A program made the position numbers and the translations under genes. 64,000 nucleotides of DNA from sequence record OQ718158.1. The stretch is one strand, 5' to 3'. Below, one piece after another: positions 1-10,325 of the stretch (position 1 is the stretch's first letter; every line of letters begins with the position of its first letter). Below the pieces are notes generated by a model. The model searched no databases, was not told the origin of the DNA, and saw only the letters and a list, made by a program, of their open reading frames with translations.

Positions 1-1
1 C

Positions 2-289
2 ATGTCTGATGATTCGAATCTAACAGGTTATTTTTTGCAAGAATCAATGATCAAATTCAGTGAACATTTTCCAGTACTAGATGGTGTGGAGATGTGGCAT
101 GTAAAACCACTCTTCCACACTTTCAGTAAAGAGCACAAAATGTTATTGACTGAGGCTTGTAAATCGAATAAAATATGCCAAATCAAGATTGGTGTAAATG
201 TCTACAAAGGATTAGTCATCTTTTTTGACAACAACAGCAACTACTTTTATATTGTTAAGGAGCATTACGTTGACAAATACAAATACTAA
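2..289 (+). CDS. hypothetical protein (may be 5'-partial)
   Basis: ORF at window edge, phage-like composition. Confidence 0.55.
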   Translation: MSDDSNLTGYFLQESMIKFSEHFPVLDGVEMWHVKPLFHTFSKEHKMLLTEACKSNKICQIKIGVNVYKGLVIFFDNNSNYFYIVKEHYVDKYKY

Positions 290-887
290 TACATACTTTC
301 GTTATCTTCGCCTAGGGCTTTCCCTACGCCCAATCCGTGGTAAGTGTGATTCACTTGCTGATTTGGATTATGCATATGCATTACATTGTGATGGTGTTCA
401 ATATGTATTAGGTGACTATGGCACATTCGAAGAATCCAATGACAGTTCAGAAATTATTGCTGGTGTTGCTAACCTTAACAACATTGCCAATAGTTCTCGT
501 CATGAAATCGTTCTTGAAATTCAGAACTTCATTGAGAAAAATACTGGCAAGCGTACATGGTCATATGTCGGTACTGATGCACAAATGTCAATCGCATTTG
601 GTAACGAAGATGGTTATGTAGCACAACTTATTATGGATTTCGAATCAGAAGAGAAGTTCCTAGAATACAAGGAAAAAATCATCCAATCCTTGTTGCAAAT
701 GGGTATTCCTGAAGATCGTATGCCTGAAATTCAAAGCATTGATGAGTTTGTTCTTATCCCATCTGATGAAAAATATGATGCGATGTTTACAGCACTGAAC
801 ATTCCTGGTGTAGTTGTTGAGTACTTCGATGATGGTGATGCTGACATTTACCTAGATCTCGACGACGATGATGACGATGATGAATAA
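270..887 (+). CDS. hypothetical acidic protein with poly-Asp tail
   Basis: AAGGAG 7 nt before TTG 270 (track start 225 is likely too long); ends DDDDDDDE; terminator follows. Confidence 0.7.
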   Translation: MTNTNTNTYFRYLRLGLSLRPIRGKCDSLADLDYAYALHCDGVQYVLGDYGTFEESNDSSEIIAGVANLNNIANSSRHEIVLEIQNFIEKNTGKRTWSYVGTDAQMSIAFGNEDGYVAQLIMDFESEEKFLEYKEKIIQSLLQMGIPEDRMPEIQSIDEFVLIPSDEKYDAMFTALNIPGVVVEYFDDGDADIYLDLDDDDDDDE

Positions 888-893
888 TACATA

Positions 894-923
894 TAGCCCG
901 ACATAAGTTCGGGCTATTTTTTT
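894..923 (+). terminator. intrinsic terminator
   Basis: TAGCCCGA-cataagt-TCGGGCTA + T-run. Confidence 0.85.
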
Positions 924-933
924 AAGGGGAAAT

Positions 934-1203
934 ATGAATTACAAACATATACAATTCACTTATATGGAATTATTTAAATTACACCATAATCACAGAAGTA
1001 CTAACACAATTAATAAAAATGCGTTTACTCATAAATTATGGTCAAATTACCTAGAAGAATTACGTGAGTATTTTATTGATACTGAAATTTTCATTAATGG
1101 AAAAAAACGAAAGATACTTAGAGTCGATAGTTTTGGTGGTAGATTAGTACTTTCATATAAATTTGATAACGACTTATTCTCTGTTGATTTGGTGAATATA
1201 TGA
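934..1203 (+). CDS. small paralog-array protein (family A)
   Basis: N-terminal IQFTY motif shared with neighbours. Confidence 0.75.
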   Translation: MNYKHIQFTYMELFKLHHNHRSTNTINKNAFTHKLWSNYLEELREYFIDTEIFINGKKRKILRVDSFGGRLVLSYKFDNDLFSVDLVNI

Positions 1204-1460
1204 ATTATAAAGATTTCCAATTAACATTCAAGTGCATTCGTGACCTAGCAAATAAAAATAATAGTATATTTTTAGAAGATACATGTATTGAAATGATTAA
1301 TATTGTGCGTGAGAGGATTAAAGAAAAATTCAGTACTGTAATTATCAACAACGATCATGCAGAATTTTCAGATATAATCATTAAGCTCGATGGTAAAGTA
1401 GAGGTACAGTTCTACACTGATTTTGGATTTACGAGTGTTCCTCTGGAGATATTCCCTTGA
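1200..1460 (+). CDS. small paralog-array protein (family A)
   Basis: FQLTF motif; ATGA overlap with upstream gene. Confidence 0.75.
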   Translation: MNYKDFQLTFKCIRDLANKNNSIFLEDTCIEMINIVRERIKEKFSTVIINNDHAEFSDIIIKLDGKVEVQFYTDFGFTSVPLEIFP

Positions 1461-1768
1461 AATTAAATTTGAATGATGTTCAATTCACGTATAAAAATAT
1501 ATATGGTTTGTATGACATGTATCTTTTTAGTGGGAAGATTGGTGAACATGTCGAATCAAAAGAATCACCATTTATTAATAATTACTATGATTACTTAGAT
1601 TCTATTGCTGAATATATAAAAAAGAATTACAGTACTTACACTGATGGAGATGACATATTTGAATATTCAGGTGTAAAATCTTATCAAGGTATTATCCATG
1701 TAGAATTTCTTGAAAAAACTGATAGGGAATTTATGGAGATTAAAGTTATGAAGTTAACGGACCTATAA
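1457..1768 (+). CDS. small paralog-array protein (family A)
   Basis: VQFTY motif; TTGA overlap. Confidence 0.75.
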   Translation: MKLNLNDVQFTYKNIYGLYDMYLFSGKIGEHVESKESPFINNYYDYLDSIAEYIKKNYSTYTDGDDIFEYSGVKSYQGIIHVEFLEKTDREFMEIKVMKLTDL

Positions 1769-1778
1769 GAGTTGACAT

Positions 1779-2090
1779 ATGAATATTAATGATATACAAT
1801 TCACATACAAATTTTTGTATATCCAATACGCTACGGTTGATGCTGGAGAATATCTCTACGGTGAAATCTATCGTTCGGTATGGATAAAGTTTTTGGATGA
1901 ATTACATGAATATTACCATGATTTGTGTATAGTTCGTGATAATAAAATATACAAATTCCGCGATATTGTTAGTCATAGCGGTAAGCTACGATTGGAATTA
2001 AGTACCGATAGTGATGTTGATTGGATTGGTGTAAATTTACTGGAGTTGGAGAATGAAAAACAACTTAAAGGAAATACAAGTATTTTATAA
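1779..2090 (+). CDS. small paralog-array protein (family A)
   Basis: IQFTYKFLY motif. Confidence 0.75.
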   Translation: MNINDIQFTYKFLYIQYATVDAGEYLYGEIYRSVWIKFLDELHEYYHDLCIVRDNKIYKFRDIVSHSGKLRLELSTDSDVDWIGVNLLELENEKQLKGNTSIL

Positions 2091-2337
2091 ATTCTTATAC
2101 TTGTCATATGTAAAAGATGAGTACTATGAAAGTGTGTATTATTTTTTATGGCAACATTACCGTACTATAGTAAGAGATTTATATATAGGAAAATCTATCA
2201 TATCCAATGGTGAAAAATGTATATGTACTGATGTTGTTAGTTTTAATGGTTCTTTAACACTGTGTTTCAGATGCGATAATAATAGTGGGTCATTTTCATT
2301 AAACGTATATCAGTTAGAAGGAATAAATTTTGAATAA
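2053..2337 (+). CDS. small paralog-array protein (family A)
   Basis: IQVFYKFLY motif; GGAG RBS. Confidence 0.75.
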   Translation: MKNNLKEIQVFYKFLYLSYVKDEYYESVYYFLWQHYRTIVRDLYIGKSIISNGEKCICTDVVSFNGSLTLCFRCDNNSGSFSLNVYQLEGINFE

Positions 2338-2530
2338 ATGTCCATATTGCAACAGTACTCAATTAGCTCGTTTCCGTTTAGATTCAGACTGGGCCACTGG
2401 TGCTGGTGATTTCTTTCCCATCAATGATGATTCGGAATACACTGAAGAACAGCACAAAGATTTTGATAAATCATGGCGACCTGACATTGAGTGCATTTAT
2501 TGCCTTAATTGTGAGCGTATCCATGACTAA
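2330..2530 (+). CDS. small Cys-rich Zn-ribbon-like protein
   Basis: CPYC and CLNC pairs. Confidence 0.65.
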   Translation: MNKCPYCNSTQLARFRLDSDWATGAGDFFPINDDSEYTEEQHKDFDKSWRPDIECIYCLNCERIHD

Positions 2531-2786
2531 AGCTGAACTGATCGTGCAAACACTGCGTTTATTGAGGGATTTAGATATCCCACGCATGGATGTGAAACTT
2601 GAAGATATCTACATTGAATCTCTTAGTGAAGATTACACCGATACCGTAATGATGCTGAATGACGTGCTTTATCGTATAGATAGCATCAGTCGTCTTGGAA
2701 GTACTTTAAAAGTGAATATGGAAAGAGTTGATAAACTTTACGTACATATATATAGTCTACCCATTTCAATATTAAACTATAGATGA
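2523..2786 (+). CDS. small paralog-array protein (family A-like)
   Basis: Start reassigned to ATG 2523 (MTKAELIVQTL). Confidence 0.65.
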   Translation: MTKAELIVQTLRLLRDLDIPRMDVKLEDIYIESLSEDYTDTVMMLNDVLYRIDSISRLGSTLKVNMERVDKLYVHIYSLPISILNYR

Positions 2787-3073
2787 ATATTATATTGATA
2801 CAAAAAACATATGCGTTATTGATGAAAGAATATACTAATACTTATGATGAAAAGTGCAGTGCAAATCATAATATGTATAAATTCATCACTCAAGAGTACA
2901 GGGATTATATATATGCTGCGTTAGTTGGTAGATATTTCAGTACTAAAAAACGTAAAGAACTCAAAGTTGTAGATATTACTTTTTTCTACAACGGGCATAT
3001 AACAATTCATGGTGTGGAACATAATTCACAAATATATCGTAACTACTCATCCAATGAGGTAACATTTTTATGA
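2783..3073 (+). CDS. small paralog-array protein (family A)
   Basis: IQKTY motif and LVGRYF...LKVVDI beta region. Confidence 0.7.
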   Translation: MNIILIQKTYALLMKEYTNTYDEKCSANHNMYKFITQEYRDYIYAALVGRYFSTKKRKELKVVDITFFYNGHITIHGVEHNSQIYRNYSSNEVTFL

Positions 3074-3232
3074 GAGCATTATTTTTTATCTGGAGTCTTT
3101 TTTCACTAGCAGTACTGACAGTAAGTGGGATTTGTTTCCTTTCGACAATGAATGTCTGGTACATTAATTTACTATTCCCATTCGTAGGTGTAGGTTTAGG
3201 ATTTACTTTACATAGTGTTTGTAAGGATTTTA

Positions 3233-3517
3233 ATGGCAAATAAATCGAATGAAGTACTTGTTGCTGAAACAATGAAGATGGTTTATGCCATAACAACTAG
3301 TAATGATTTGTCTTACCCAATTAAGTCCAAGTTGAGGGATATAACTCTTCAGGTTATACAGCAGTACTACAAATCTAAACACAAAAGTATTATTAATGTT
3401 TATCGTGACTATGAAAGGATTCGCATTTTGTTCTGGAACAAGAATCGAGTTCGTTCGGAATGTGATATAGAAAACTTTAAATTTGAGAATCTTTATTGTT
3501 ACAAAGCGGGACAATAG
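3233..3517 (+). CDS. hypothetical protein (family A-like)
   Basis: AAGGA RBS, ATG 3233. Confidence 0.65.
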   Translation: MANKSNEVLVAETMKMVYAITTSNDLSYPIKSKLRDITLQVIQQYYKSKHKSIINVYRDYERIRILFWNKNRVRSECDIENFKFENLYCYKAGQ

Positions 3518-3535
3518 CTCAAGTAGTGATATAAT
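3508..3535 (+). promoter_or_regulatory. RGACA-N13-TGATATAAT promoter
   Basis: GGGACA-16 nt-TATAAT with extended -10 TG. Confidence 0.75.
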
Positions 3536-3566
3536 ATTGGGTATGGAACAATAACTAACACAAGGA

Positions 3567-4499
3567 GTGTGTAAAGTGCCAAGTAAAAAGCCAGATTCTG
3601 AAGTATTCAGACTGGTTGATGAAAAATTGAGTTCAATTGGTTCATCGGTAAAAATGGATAGAACAACATACACAACCATATCAAACAAATCAACTTTTTT
3701 CTGTGATGAATGTGGGTTTAGTAAAAATATCATAGTTAGGAATGTGTACAAAAATGGAATATTTTGTCATTGTCCCACATTTAAAACTTTATATAATAAA
3801 TTGGGTGAAATTAATTCAAAATTAAAATTAGATATTTCCACATTCACAACTACAAAAAACAAATCTAGATTTTATTGTGACGATTGTGCGTTTGAAAGAT
3901 ATATGACGGTGCATGATGTTAAGTCTAGAGGTGCATATTGTAAATGTCATTCATTATATTGTATGCCGTTAGATATCGACGAAGCATATAACACTATTAT
4001 GAATAAAATAAAAGATTACTCAAATACAATACATATGGATAAATCTACATACCGTGGTACACAATATAAGGTTAGATTTTATTGTACAGAGTGTAATTTT
4101 GACAAATATATTAATTATAGTAGAGTTAAATGTGGAACTCTTAACTGCAATTGTATCAGACCAATCCCAGAAGAAAGTAAATTATATATTTTAGGAATAT
4201 ATGAACAAAATATTTTAATAAAATATAAAGTTGGTATTTCTACAAAGATTGATAAATCAAGACTAATTAGTATTAGGTCAAAAACTAATTTTATAGTAGA
4301 GGAATTATATTATTTTACTGGAAATACCGAAGTTATTAAAAGTGTAGAATATAATATTTTAAATCTGCTTAAAAATAGTAGTAAATTGTCAAAGGATTAT
4401 TTTGGCGATGGGTATACTGAAACATTTGATTTACAAGATATAAATCTTGTTATTGATTATGTATGTAAATGTTTACTCGAAAATAAATTAAAAATATGA
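3567..4499 (+). mobile_element. putative free-standing homing endonuclease (3 Cys-rich repeats + GIY-YIG-like T5orf172/MUG113-type domain)
   Basis: Three F(F/Y)CxxC...CxC repeats; C-terminal LYILG...YKVGIS...RL...GYTETF. Confidence 0.7.
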
Positions 4500-4524
4500 A
4501 AATCATAAACACAAGGAATGTGAA

Positions 4525-5253
4525 ATGATAGATAATATAAAATTTGCAACAGAAATGGCGAATCAACTCAATATAGCAAATTTTCAAATGTTAACATCTG
4601 TTATGGCTGAACATGCTGCTGCATATTCATCTAGTGGTATACAATGTGGACAAGCTAACATGTTAGCTGATGTTTATAGTGAAGTTCAAAGCAAACAATA
4701 TAGCGTGAAGACATACAAGGATAAGTTCGTAAGTCTTTATATGAATGAAGATATTTCAGAAGACCGCAAATTCACCGATTTTATTATTGAACGCCGTATT
4801 AGTGGGGTTTCAGACCCAAATGCAGAAAGTGATATTGTATTCGATGAGGTATTAAAAGATATATACGAAAATGAATTGAAAAGTAAGAATCATTACAATG
4901 TACGTGAAACTAACACAGTGCTAGTTGGATATGATGAAGACGAACAATATTTCTATTTTCGTATAACAGAAGTTCCATTTGAATATAAAAAACCAACCAC
5001 TACATCTGTAAAAGAATTCACTGAGAAGAGTAAAAACTTCAAGAAACACGAAGGAAACCGTTGTAGTATTAATGGTTATGATGAAAATGGTGTTCATGTT
5101 TATGAATGGGTTTCACCTAATTGCCAGACATACACCCGTTGCTTGAAGAAACGTTATAATTTAGAAGACAATGAATCCTTCTACTTTAAAGTTAAGAAAC
5201 AAGGTTATACTCGCCCTGAAGATTCAGAATTGATGGGTATGGTATATTTCTAA
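4525..5253 (+). CDS. hypothetical protein
   Basis: 242-aa ORF, AAGGA RBS. Confidence 0.75.
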   Translation: MIDNIKFATEMANQLNIANFQMLTSVMAEHAAAYSSSGIQCGQANMLADVYSEVQSKQYSVKTYKDKFVSLYMNEDISEDRKFTDFIIERRISGVSDPNAESDIVFDEVLKDIYENELKSKNHYNVRETNTVLVGYDEDEQYFYFRITEVPFEYKKPTTTSVKEFTEKSKNFKKHEGNRCSINGYDENGVHVYEWVSPNCQTYTRCLKKRYNLEDNESFYFKVKKQGYTRPEDSELMGMVYF

Positions 5254-5262
5254 GGAACTGTT

Positions 5263-5544
5263 ATGGATTTTTACCTACACACATGGTCATACGAACAATA
5301 CATTACATTATATCTTGAGATTATTAATACTGATCCCAGATATGGTTGTGATTTCGCTGATATTATAAAAGAGTATGCAGATGAGTTTGAGTTTGTATAT
5401 CTTGGTTCTGAACTATTTGTAAAGAGTGTAGGTAAAACCGGACGCATCACTGAAATTGATTATGATACTGTTAGTGTGAATTTCTATGTTGATTTTCCTT
5501 GTGATGGCGTTGATGGTGTATATTGTCTATATGAAATAATTTAA
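5263..5544 (+). CDS. small hypothetical protein (family A-like)
   Basis: RBS; YLGSELFV...GRITEIDY beta region. Confidence 0.7.
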   Translation: MDFYLHTWSYEQYITLYLEIINTDPRYGCDFADIIKEYADEFEFVYLGSELFVKSVGKTGRITEIDYDTVSVNFYVDFPCDGVDGVYCLYEII

Positions 5545-5550
5545 ATTTTA

Positions 5551-5575
5551 AGGCCAGCGTTTGCTGGTCTTTTTT
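5551..5575 (+). terminator. intrinsic terminator
   Basis: AGGCCAGC-gttt-GCTGGTCT + T-run. Confidence 0.8.
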
Positions 5576-5588
5576 CGCAGGTACAAAG

Positions 5589-5891
5589 ATGCTCAGTATA
5601 GATTTAATTAACAGTACTATAAAGTTGTTGGCTGATGTAGTAAAAGAATCCAATGGAACTTTATACCCATCAATGTATAAAATCTTTGAACGATACATCA
5701 AGGATTGTAATATATCCTTATATGGACTGGCAGTTGATATAGACGACCACTATGAAATTAATACTTCATATAAAACTGGAATGTTAATTGGTATTAATAT
5801 AAAGATGGGATATTTTCCTTATTACTGTATAGGATTACCAGATAGTACTATGGTAGATTATCCAGCCAGTATTATTAAACTAAGAGGATAA
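5589..5891 (+). CDS. hypothetical protein
   Basis: ORF in + strand gene run. Confidence 0.65.
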   Translation: MLSIDLINSTIKLLADVVKESNGTLYPSMYKIFERYIKDCNISLYGLAVDIDDHYEINTSYKTGMLIGINIKMGYFPYYCIGLPDSTMVDYPASIIKLRG

Positions 5892-5898
5892 AACTAAA

Positions 5899-6477
5899 AT
5901 GAATGTATTAGAATTATGTACTAAGCTGATTACTATGCGTAATGAGTGGTACGATTGGTTTTATAATGGTACTGATATGGATTTTTCAAAATATCCATTT
6001 ATGGAATCAGGATGTGATGCAAGATACCGCTGGTTGAGCAAAAGTGGTTCTGGTTTATTCATTCGAATTGATGATAGTGGTCAAGGAATTATAAAAGATT
6101 TAATTCGAGTTGAAGAACTCGTCCATGACAATTGGTGTGATAATGATCCATACCTTGGAAATATGATTTATGTAAGTAAAAATGATTGCATATTCGTTAT
6201 CCAGCGTCATGGTGATTCTATGTTTTATGTAGCAGACAACAGTACACCTGACGGTGCAGCAGCCAATGGACTTATGCCTAAGATTGATATATTGAAATTT
6301 GGATTACCTGAGCACTTCCAGATTAGTACTTTATACGATATTCCACCACTTGAGTTCTTTGAAGAATTTAAATTGTACTTCAATGATCTTCAAAAATTGA
6401 GTACTGATCGACGCATGGAAATAACTGTTAAGTACATGGACGGAACGAAATTAACCGATACGGGGATAGAATTTTGA
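5899..6477 (+). CDS. hypothetical protein (family B)
   Basis: GAGG RBS; PEHFQISTLYD motif. Confidence 0.75.
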   Translation: MNVLELCTKLITMRNEWYDWFYNGTDMDFSKYPFMESGCDARYRWLSKSGSGLFIRIDDSGQGIIKDLIRVEELVHDNWCDNDPYLGNMIYVSKNDCIFVIQRHGDSMFYVADNSTPDGAAANGLMPKIDILKFGLPEHFQISTLYDIPPLEFFEEFKLYFNDLQKLSTDRRMEITVKYMDGTKLTDTGIEF

Positions 6478-7163
6478 TTAAAGATTTAGATAGAATTTTA
6501 TATGTACTGAGAGGTGTAATTACATTACAACCACAGGTTAATCGTATGGAGAGAGCCTTTGAATTAAAATCAAGAGAAACTCCATATTCACATATATCAA
6601 ATGTAGTTGGATCATTCAGTACTGAAGACTCGCCTTATGATATTTGTGTATGTGAAGTACAGCCAAGTTCGGATCTTGGATTTGCTATTTTTGATAAAAA
6701 TCAAAATCTCATTAGTATGTTTCAGTGCAATAATCCTTTTTGGAAAACATGCCTGTATCCAGAGTGGGCTATGCTTGATCCAACAAAGAGTTCCATTAAA
6801 GTATATGACTCTAAAAATGATGAAGTCGTTATTGATTTGGATGAGTCAATGTCAGAGGAAGAACACTTTCAGCTAATGATGATGCGTGCTATGCCTGAGT
6901 ACAATGCAATGATTAACACTGTGCAATACATTAAGGATACCATGCCATCGTTGCGTACACATGAGTTTTGTCATCCGGTATTGTATGAACATTTGGATTT
7001 AGATTTCAGTACTATTAAATTTAAAGATAATGTTATTAATTACATTCAAGAGAATGTTAAATTTGATTTTATTAGTACAATGACAAATAATCCAAATACT
7101 AATTTCAGGCATCAGTACAATGAATCTTTGTCTGGTGGTCGTGATACAACTTGGTGGAAATAA
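6474..7163 (+). CDS. hypothetical protein (family B)
   Basis: MSEEEHFQL motif; TTGA overlap. Confidence 0.7.
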   Translation: MIKDLDRILYVLRGVITLQPQVNRMERAFELKSRETPYSHISNVVGSFSTEDSPYDICVCEVQPSSDLGFAIFDKNQNLISMFQCNNPFWKTCLYPEWAMLDPTKSSIKVYDSKNDEVVIDLDESMSEEEHFQLMMMRAMPEYNAMINTVQYIKDTMPSLRTHEFCHPVLYEHLDLDFSTIKFKDNVINYIQENVKFDFISTMTNNPNTNFRHQYNESLSGGRDTTWWK

Positions 7164-7164
7164 T

Positions 7165-7428
7165 ATGAATATCCAAGATAGATTGCAATTGTTGCACACA
7201 CTTGAAGAAGCTGCTTTTGAACTTGTTAATAAAATTGCACAAGAACTCCCAAAAGGAACCAAAGTTCGTGTTCGTGAAATGGATTATTTAACGGGAAAAA
7301 TTGATGAAAAAGTTCTAACAGTGATCAAAGTAACATACTATGAATCAGAGTTATCAATTCAATGTAATTCAGATAATGGTTACGTTTCCTACTATGGTAC
7401 AGATGTAGATATAGAGGTAATAAAATGA
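7165..7428 (+). CDS. small hypothetical protein (helix + SH3/KOW-like)
   Basis: Start reassigned to ATG 7165; PKGTKVRV. Confidence 0.7.
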   Translation: MNIQDRLQLLHTLEEAAFELVNKIAQELPKGTKVRVREMDYLTGKIDEKVLTVIKVTYYESELSIQCNSDNGYVSYYGTDVDIEVIK

Positions 7429-8567
7429 CCCTTTTACAAATATATGAAGATTTAATGCACTTATGTAATACCCGTGATGCTTTCTTTTATGTGGATCATA
7501 AAAGTCCTGCTGGTGGAACATATCGTGTATTCAGTTATCGTCTAGCATCATATACCGATTTCATGCAACCCAATGCATTAGAAACCCGTGGTTCTATGTG
7601 GGAAATTGATGAAGACGGTGATATGATTCGTTGTGCTGCTCGTACTATGAAAAAGTTCTTCAATGCTTACGAAAATCCTGCTACAATGTTCCCTGCTGAT
7701 ACCTCATTCGATGACATTGCAGTAGTGATGCCTAAGTTGGATGGTTCAGTAATCAGTACTTACCGTGATAATGATGGTGTAATTCGTTGTAAATCACATA
7801 CTGCATTGTATTCAGACCATGCGATTAACAGTACTCGTCTTCTCAATGAGAACCAAAATTTGTATCAATACATTGACGAAGCAGACCGTTTGGGCTATAC
7901 TGTTAATCTGGAGTATACAAGTCCAGAGTACCGTATTGTATTACCATATCAGGTTGAACAATTATTTGTACTAAACGTTCGCAATCGTAAGAGTGGTGAA
8001 CTATTATGTGGTTCTGCATTACGTAATAAGTTCCCATGCCTTGCACAGTACAGTACTAACATGACAGGTAAAGATATTCATTACACTTTCCCTGCTCGTG
8101 CTACATTCAAAGAAAGTGTTGAAGAAGTTAAGAAAATGCTTGACATTGAAGGTTTTGTGTGCATCCTAAATAATGGTACAATGTGCAAAATCAAAACCGA
8201 CTGGTATTGTTCTTTGCATTTAACGAAAGACAGTATTATAATCGATTCCCATTTATATGAAGCTGTATTAAATGGTTCGAGTGATGATTTAAAACAGTTG
8301 TTCAGTACTGACGAATATGCTACCCAAAAGATATTAAGAATGGAACAACTAGTCTTTTCGTGCTATAATGCTTTACAAGATGAAGTTGAAAGCTTCGTCA
8401 AGGAACACAAGCACTTGGAGCGAAAGGAATTCGCTAAGAAGGTTCAGGAGTGTTTAACTAATGAACTGAATCGTCAGGGCTTGGCCTTTGCAATGTACAA
8501 CAATAAGAAAGTCGATTACAAAGAGACTCTTATTAAGTACATGAAAATTGTACTAAAGGATTTTTAG
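7425..8567 (+). CDS. rnlA: RNA ligase 1 (T4 Rnl1-like)
   Basis: Motif I KLDGS, ETRG, NLEYTSPEYRIVLPY, EGFV, KIKTDWY. Confidence 0.92.
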   Translation: MTLLQIYEDLMHLCNTRDAFFYVDHKSPAGGTYRVFSYRLASYTDFMQPNALETRGSMWEIDEDGDMIRCAARTMKKFFNAYENPATMFPADTSFDDIAVVMPKLDGSVISTYRDNDGVIRCKSHTALYSDHAINSTRLLNENQNLYQYIDEADRLGYTVNLEYTSPEYRIVLPYQVEQLFVLNVRNRKSGELLCGSALRNKFPCLAQYSTNMTGKDIHYTFPARATFKESVEEVKKMLDIEGFVCILNNGTMCKIKTDWYCSLHLTKDSIIIDSHLYEAVLNGSSDDLKQLFSTDEYATQKILRMEQLVFSCYNALQDEVESFVKEHKHLERKEFAKKVQECLTNELNRQGLAFAMYNNKKVDYKETLIKYMKIVLKDF

Positions 8568-8596
8568 TACTATCTAGCCTAGCACAAGGAGAAGTG

Positions 8597-8851
8597 ATGG
8601 CTAAACCTAAGTATAAAAATGACGGTTCCCTTTCTCCGACAGAATTCAGGAAAATACAAGAAGAAATCGATGAATTACAGCACAAACGCTCTAAGAAAGG
8701 TGTGAAGATTAGTAAGAAACGAATCGAGAATACTTTCGGGTGTAGTAGTACTGAATACAAGAAGAAAAGGAAACCAAAAGGTGTTAAGCCGAGAATACAT
8801 GATGTAACTCGCTATACATCGAAACGTGAAAATAAATTCGACCCACTATAA
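8597..8851 (+). CDS. small basic hypothetical protein
   Basis: AAGGAG RBS; Lys/Arg-rich. Confidence 0.7.
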   Translation: MAKPKYKNDGSLSPTEFRKIQEEIDELQHKRSKKGVKISKKRIENTFGCSSTEYKKKRKPKGVKPRIHDVTRYTSKRENKFDPL

Positions 8852-8860
8852 GGAGTTCAT

Positions 8861-9097
8861 ATGAAAGTTGAAGTTCAGCATAGTATTGTTCAGGATATGT
8901 CAGTAGTTAAATTTCTTTCCTTGAAAGATTATTTCAGATGTATCAAGTTCCTAGAAGAATCTCAATTACAGTGGACCCCATTAAAGTACAGTTCATCCAA
9001 TGATACTGCTAGTATTCGTTGTGATGAATCTGTACTTGTGAAAATCTCCAAGCGATTTGGGATTGGAAAATACAATGATAAACAATGCACAAAGTAA
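8861..9097 (+). CDS. hypothetical protein
   Basis: AAGGAG RBS. Confidence 0.7.
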   Translation: MKVEVQHSIVQDMSVVKFLSLKDYFRCIKFLEESQLQWTPLKYSSSNDTASIRCDESVLVKISKRFGIGKYNDKQCTK

Positions 9098-9386
9098 TTT
9101 GCTATATATAAAGTCAGTTGAAGCTGAAATTAAAAATTCAGTTCAAACTATCGTCGAGGAAATGATTGACAAATACAAGAGCAATCTTATTGGAAAGAAA
9201 GTCAGATGTTGGGATTACACATTCAAACACTGGTACGATTCCGAGATTGTGAAAGTTGATGTGAATACTGATAGTAATGGTCTAATTAATGGTATTGCGT
9301 ATGTTGGTGTTTTAATACGCAAGGGAACGCCACAGGAATGGCTCACCTATCATAATATAGAGCATGTTAAATTTATAGAGGATTAA
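9075..9386 (+). CDS. small hypothetical protein (helix + SH3/KOW-like)
   Basis: LIGKKVRCW; start ATG 9075. Confidence 0.7.
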   Translation: MINNAQSNLLYIKSVEAEIKNSVQTIVEEMIDKYKSNLIGKKVRCWDYTFKHWYDSEIVKVDVNTDSNGLINGIAYVGVLIRKGTPQEWLTYHNIEHVKFIED

Positions 9387-9389
9387 AGG

Positions 9390-10322
9390 ATGCCAACTAT
9401 CACACTAACAGTTGGATTGCCTGGGTGTGGTAAAACTACATGGGCAGTGCAAGAGATTAAAAAAGCCAAATCCAAGACTATCAACATCAACCGTGATGAT
9501 ATTCGTGAATCTATGGCTGGGTCACATGATGCTTACAAATTCAACGATGCTAATGAGCAGTACGTAACTAATTTACAGTTCAGTGCAGCAAATTCAGCCG
9601 CAGAGAATGGTTGGAACATCATCATATCCGATACGAACCTTAAACAACATTTCCGTAATCTATGGAAAGTATGGGCTATAGATAATGGTTATGATTACAA
9701 AGAAAAGAATTTCTATGATGATTTTGTACCTAATGAAGACCGTGGTGCAGATGTTCATGAATTCTTTAAGATTAAAGAGTTCGTAAAACTTTGTAAGAAA
9801 TATAACCTCCAGCGTGAGCGTTCAGTACAAGATAATATCATTGACACTATGGCAGATACGTACTATTATAGTAAGGCATTACACATTGGTTACTATGGTA
9901 ATTCACGAGAAGCTGCTATTATCGTTGATATCGACGGTACTCTTGCTCATAAATGGGGACGTAACCCGTTCGATGAAAGTACTGTACTCCAGGATACACC
10001 AGACGAAGAAGTTATTTTGTCGATTATCGCAGAAGCAGTTTTTCATAAACGCAAGATTATCGTCATGAGTGGGCGTACTGAAGGGTGTCGTGCTGATACC
10101 GAACAGTGGCTTAAGAATTGGGGTGTTCCTTACGATGCGTTGTTTATGCGAGGCATCGATGATAAACGTCCTGATGATGTTGTTAAATTCGACCTGTACA
10201 TGAAAAATGTGGTTGATCATTACGATGTTAAAAAGGTTTATGATGACCGCAATCAAGTTGTTTTTATGTGGCGTAAGCTACTTGGGTTGAAAGTTTTCCA
10301 AGTGGCAGAAGGAAATTTCTAA
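9390..10322 (+). CDS. pseT: polynucleotide 5'-kinase/3'-phosphatase
   Basis: P-loop GLPGCGKT, NRDDIR, HAD motif DIDGT, SGR, DDR. Confidence 0.93.
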   Translation: MPTITLTVGLPGCGKTTWAVQEIKKAKSKTININRDDIRESMAGSHDAYKFNDANEQYVTNLQFSAANSAAENGWNIIISDTNLKQHFRNLWKVWAIDNGYDYKEKNFYDDFVPNEDRGADVHEFFKIKEFVKLCKKYNLQRERSVQDNIIDTMADTYYYSKALHIGYYGNSREAAIIVDIDGTLAHKWGRNPFDESTVLQDTPDEEVILSIIAEAVFHKRKIIVMSGRTEGCRADTEQWLKNWGVPYDALFMRGIDDKRPDDVVKFDLYMKNVVDHYDVKKVYDDRNQVVFMWRKLLGLKVFQVAEGNF

Positions 10323-10325
10323 TAC

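Noticed and set aside
3070-3243. Two tiny overlapping ORFs (3070-3168, 3148-3243), possibly one frameshifted gene
   Set aside because: About 30 aa each, weak RBS and no recognisable motif; cannot be supported without homologs.
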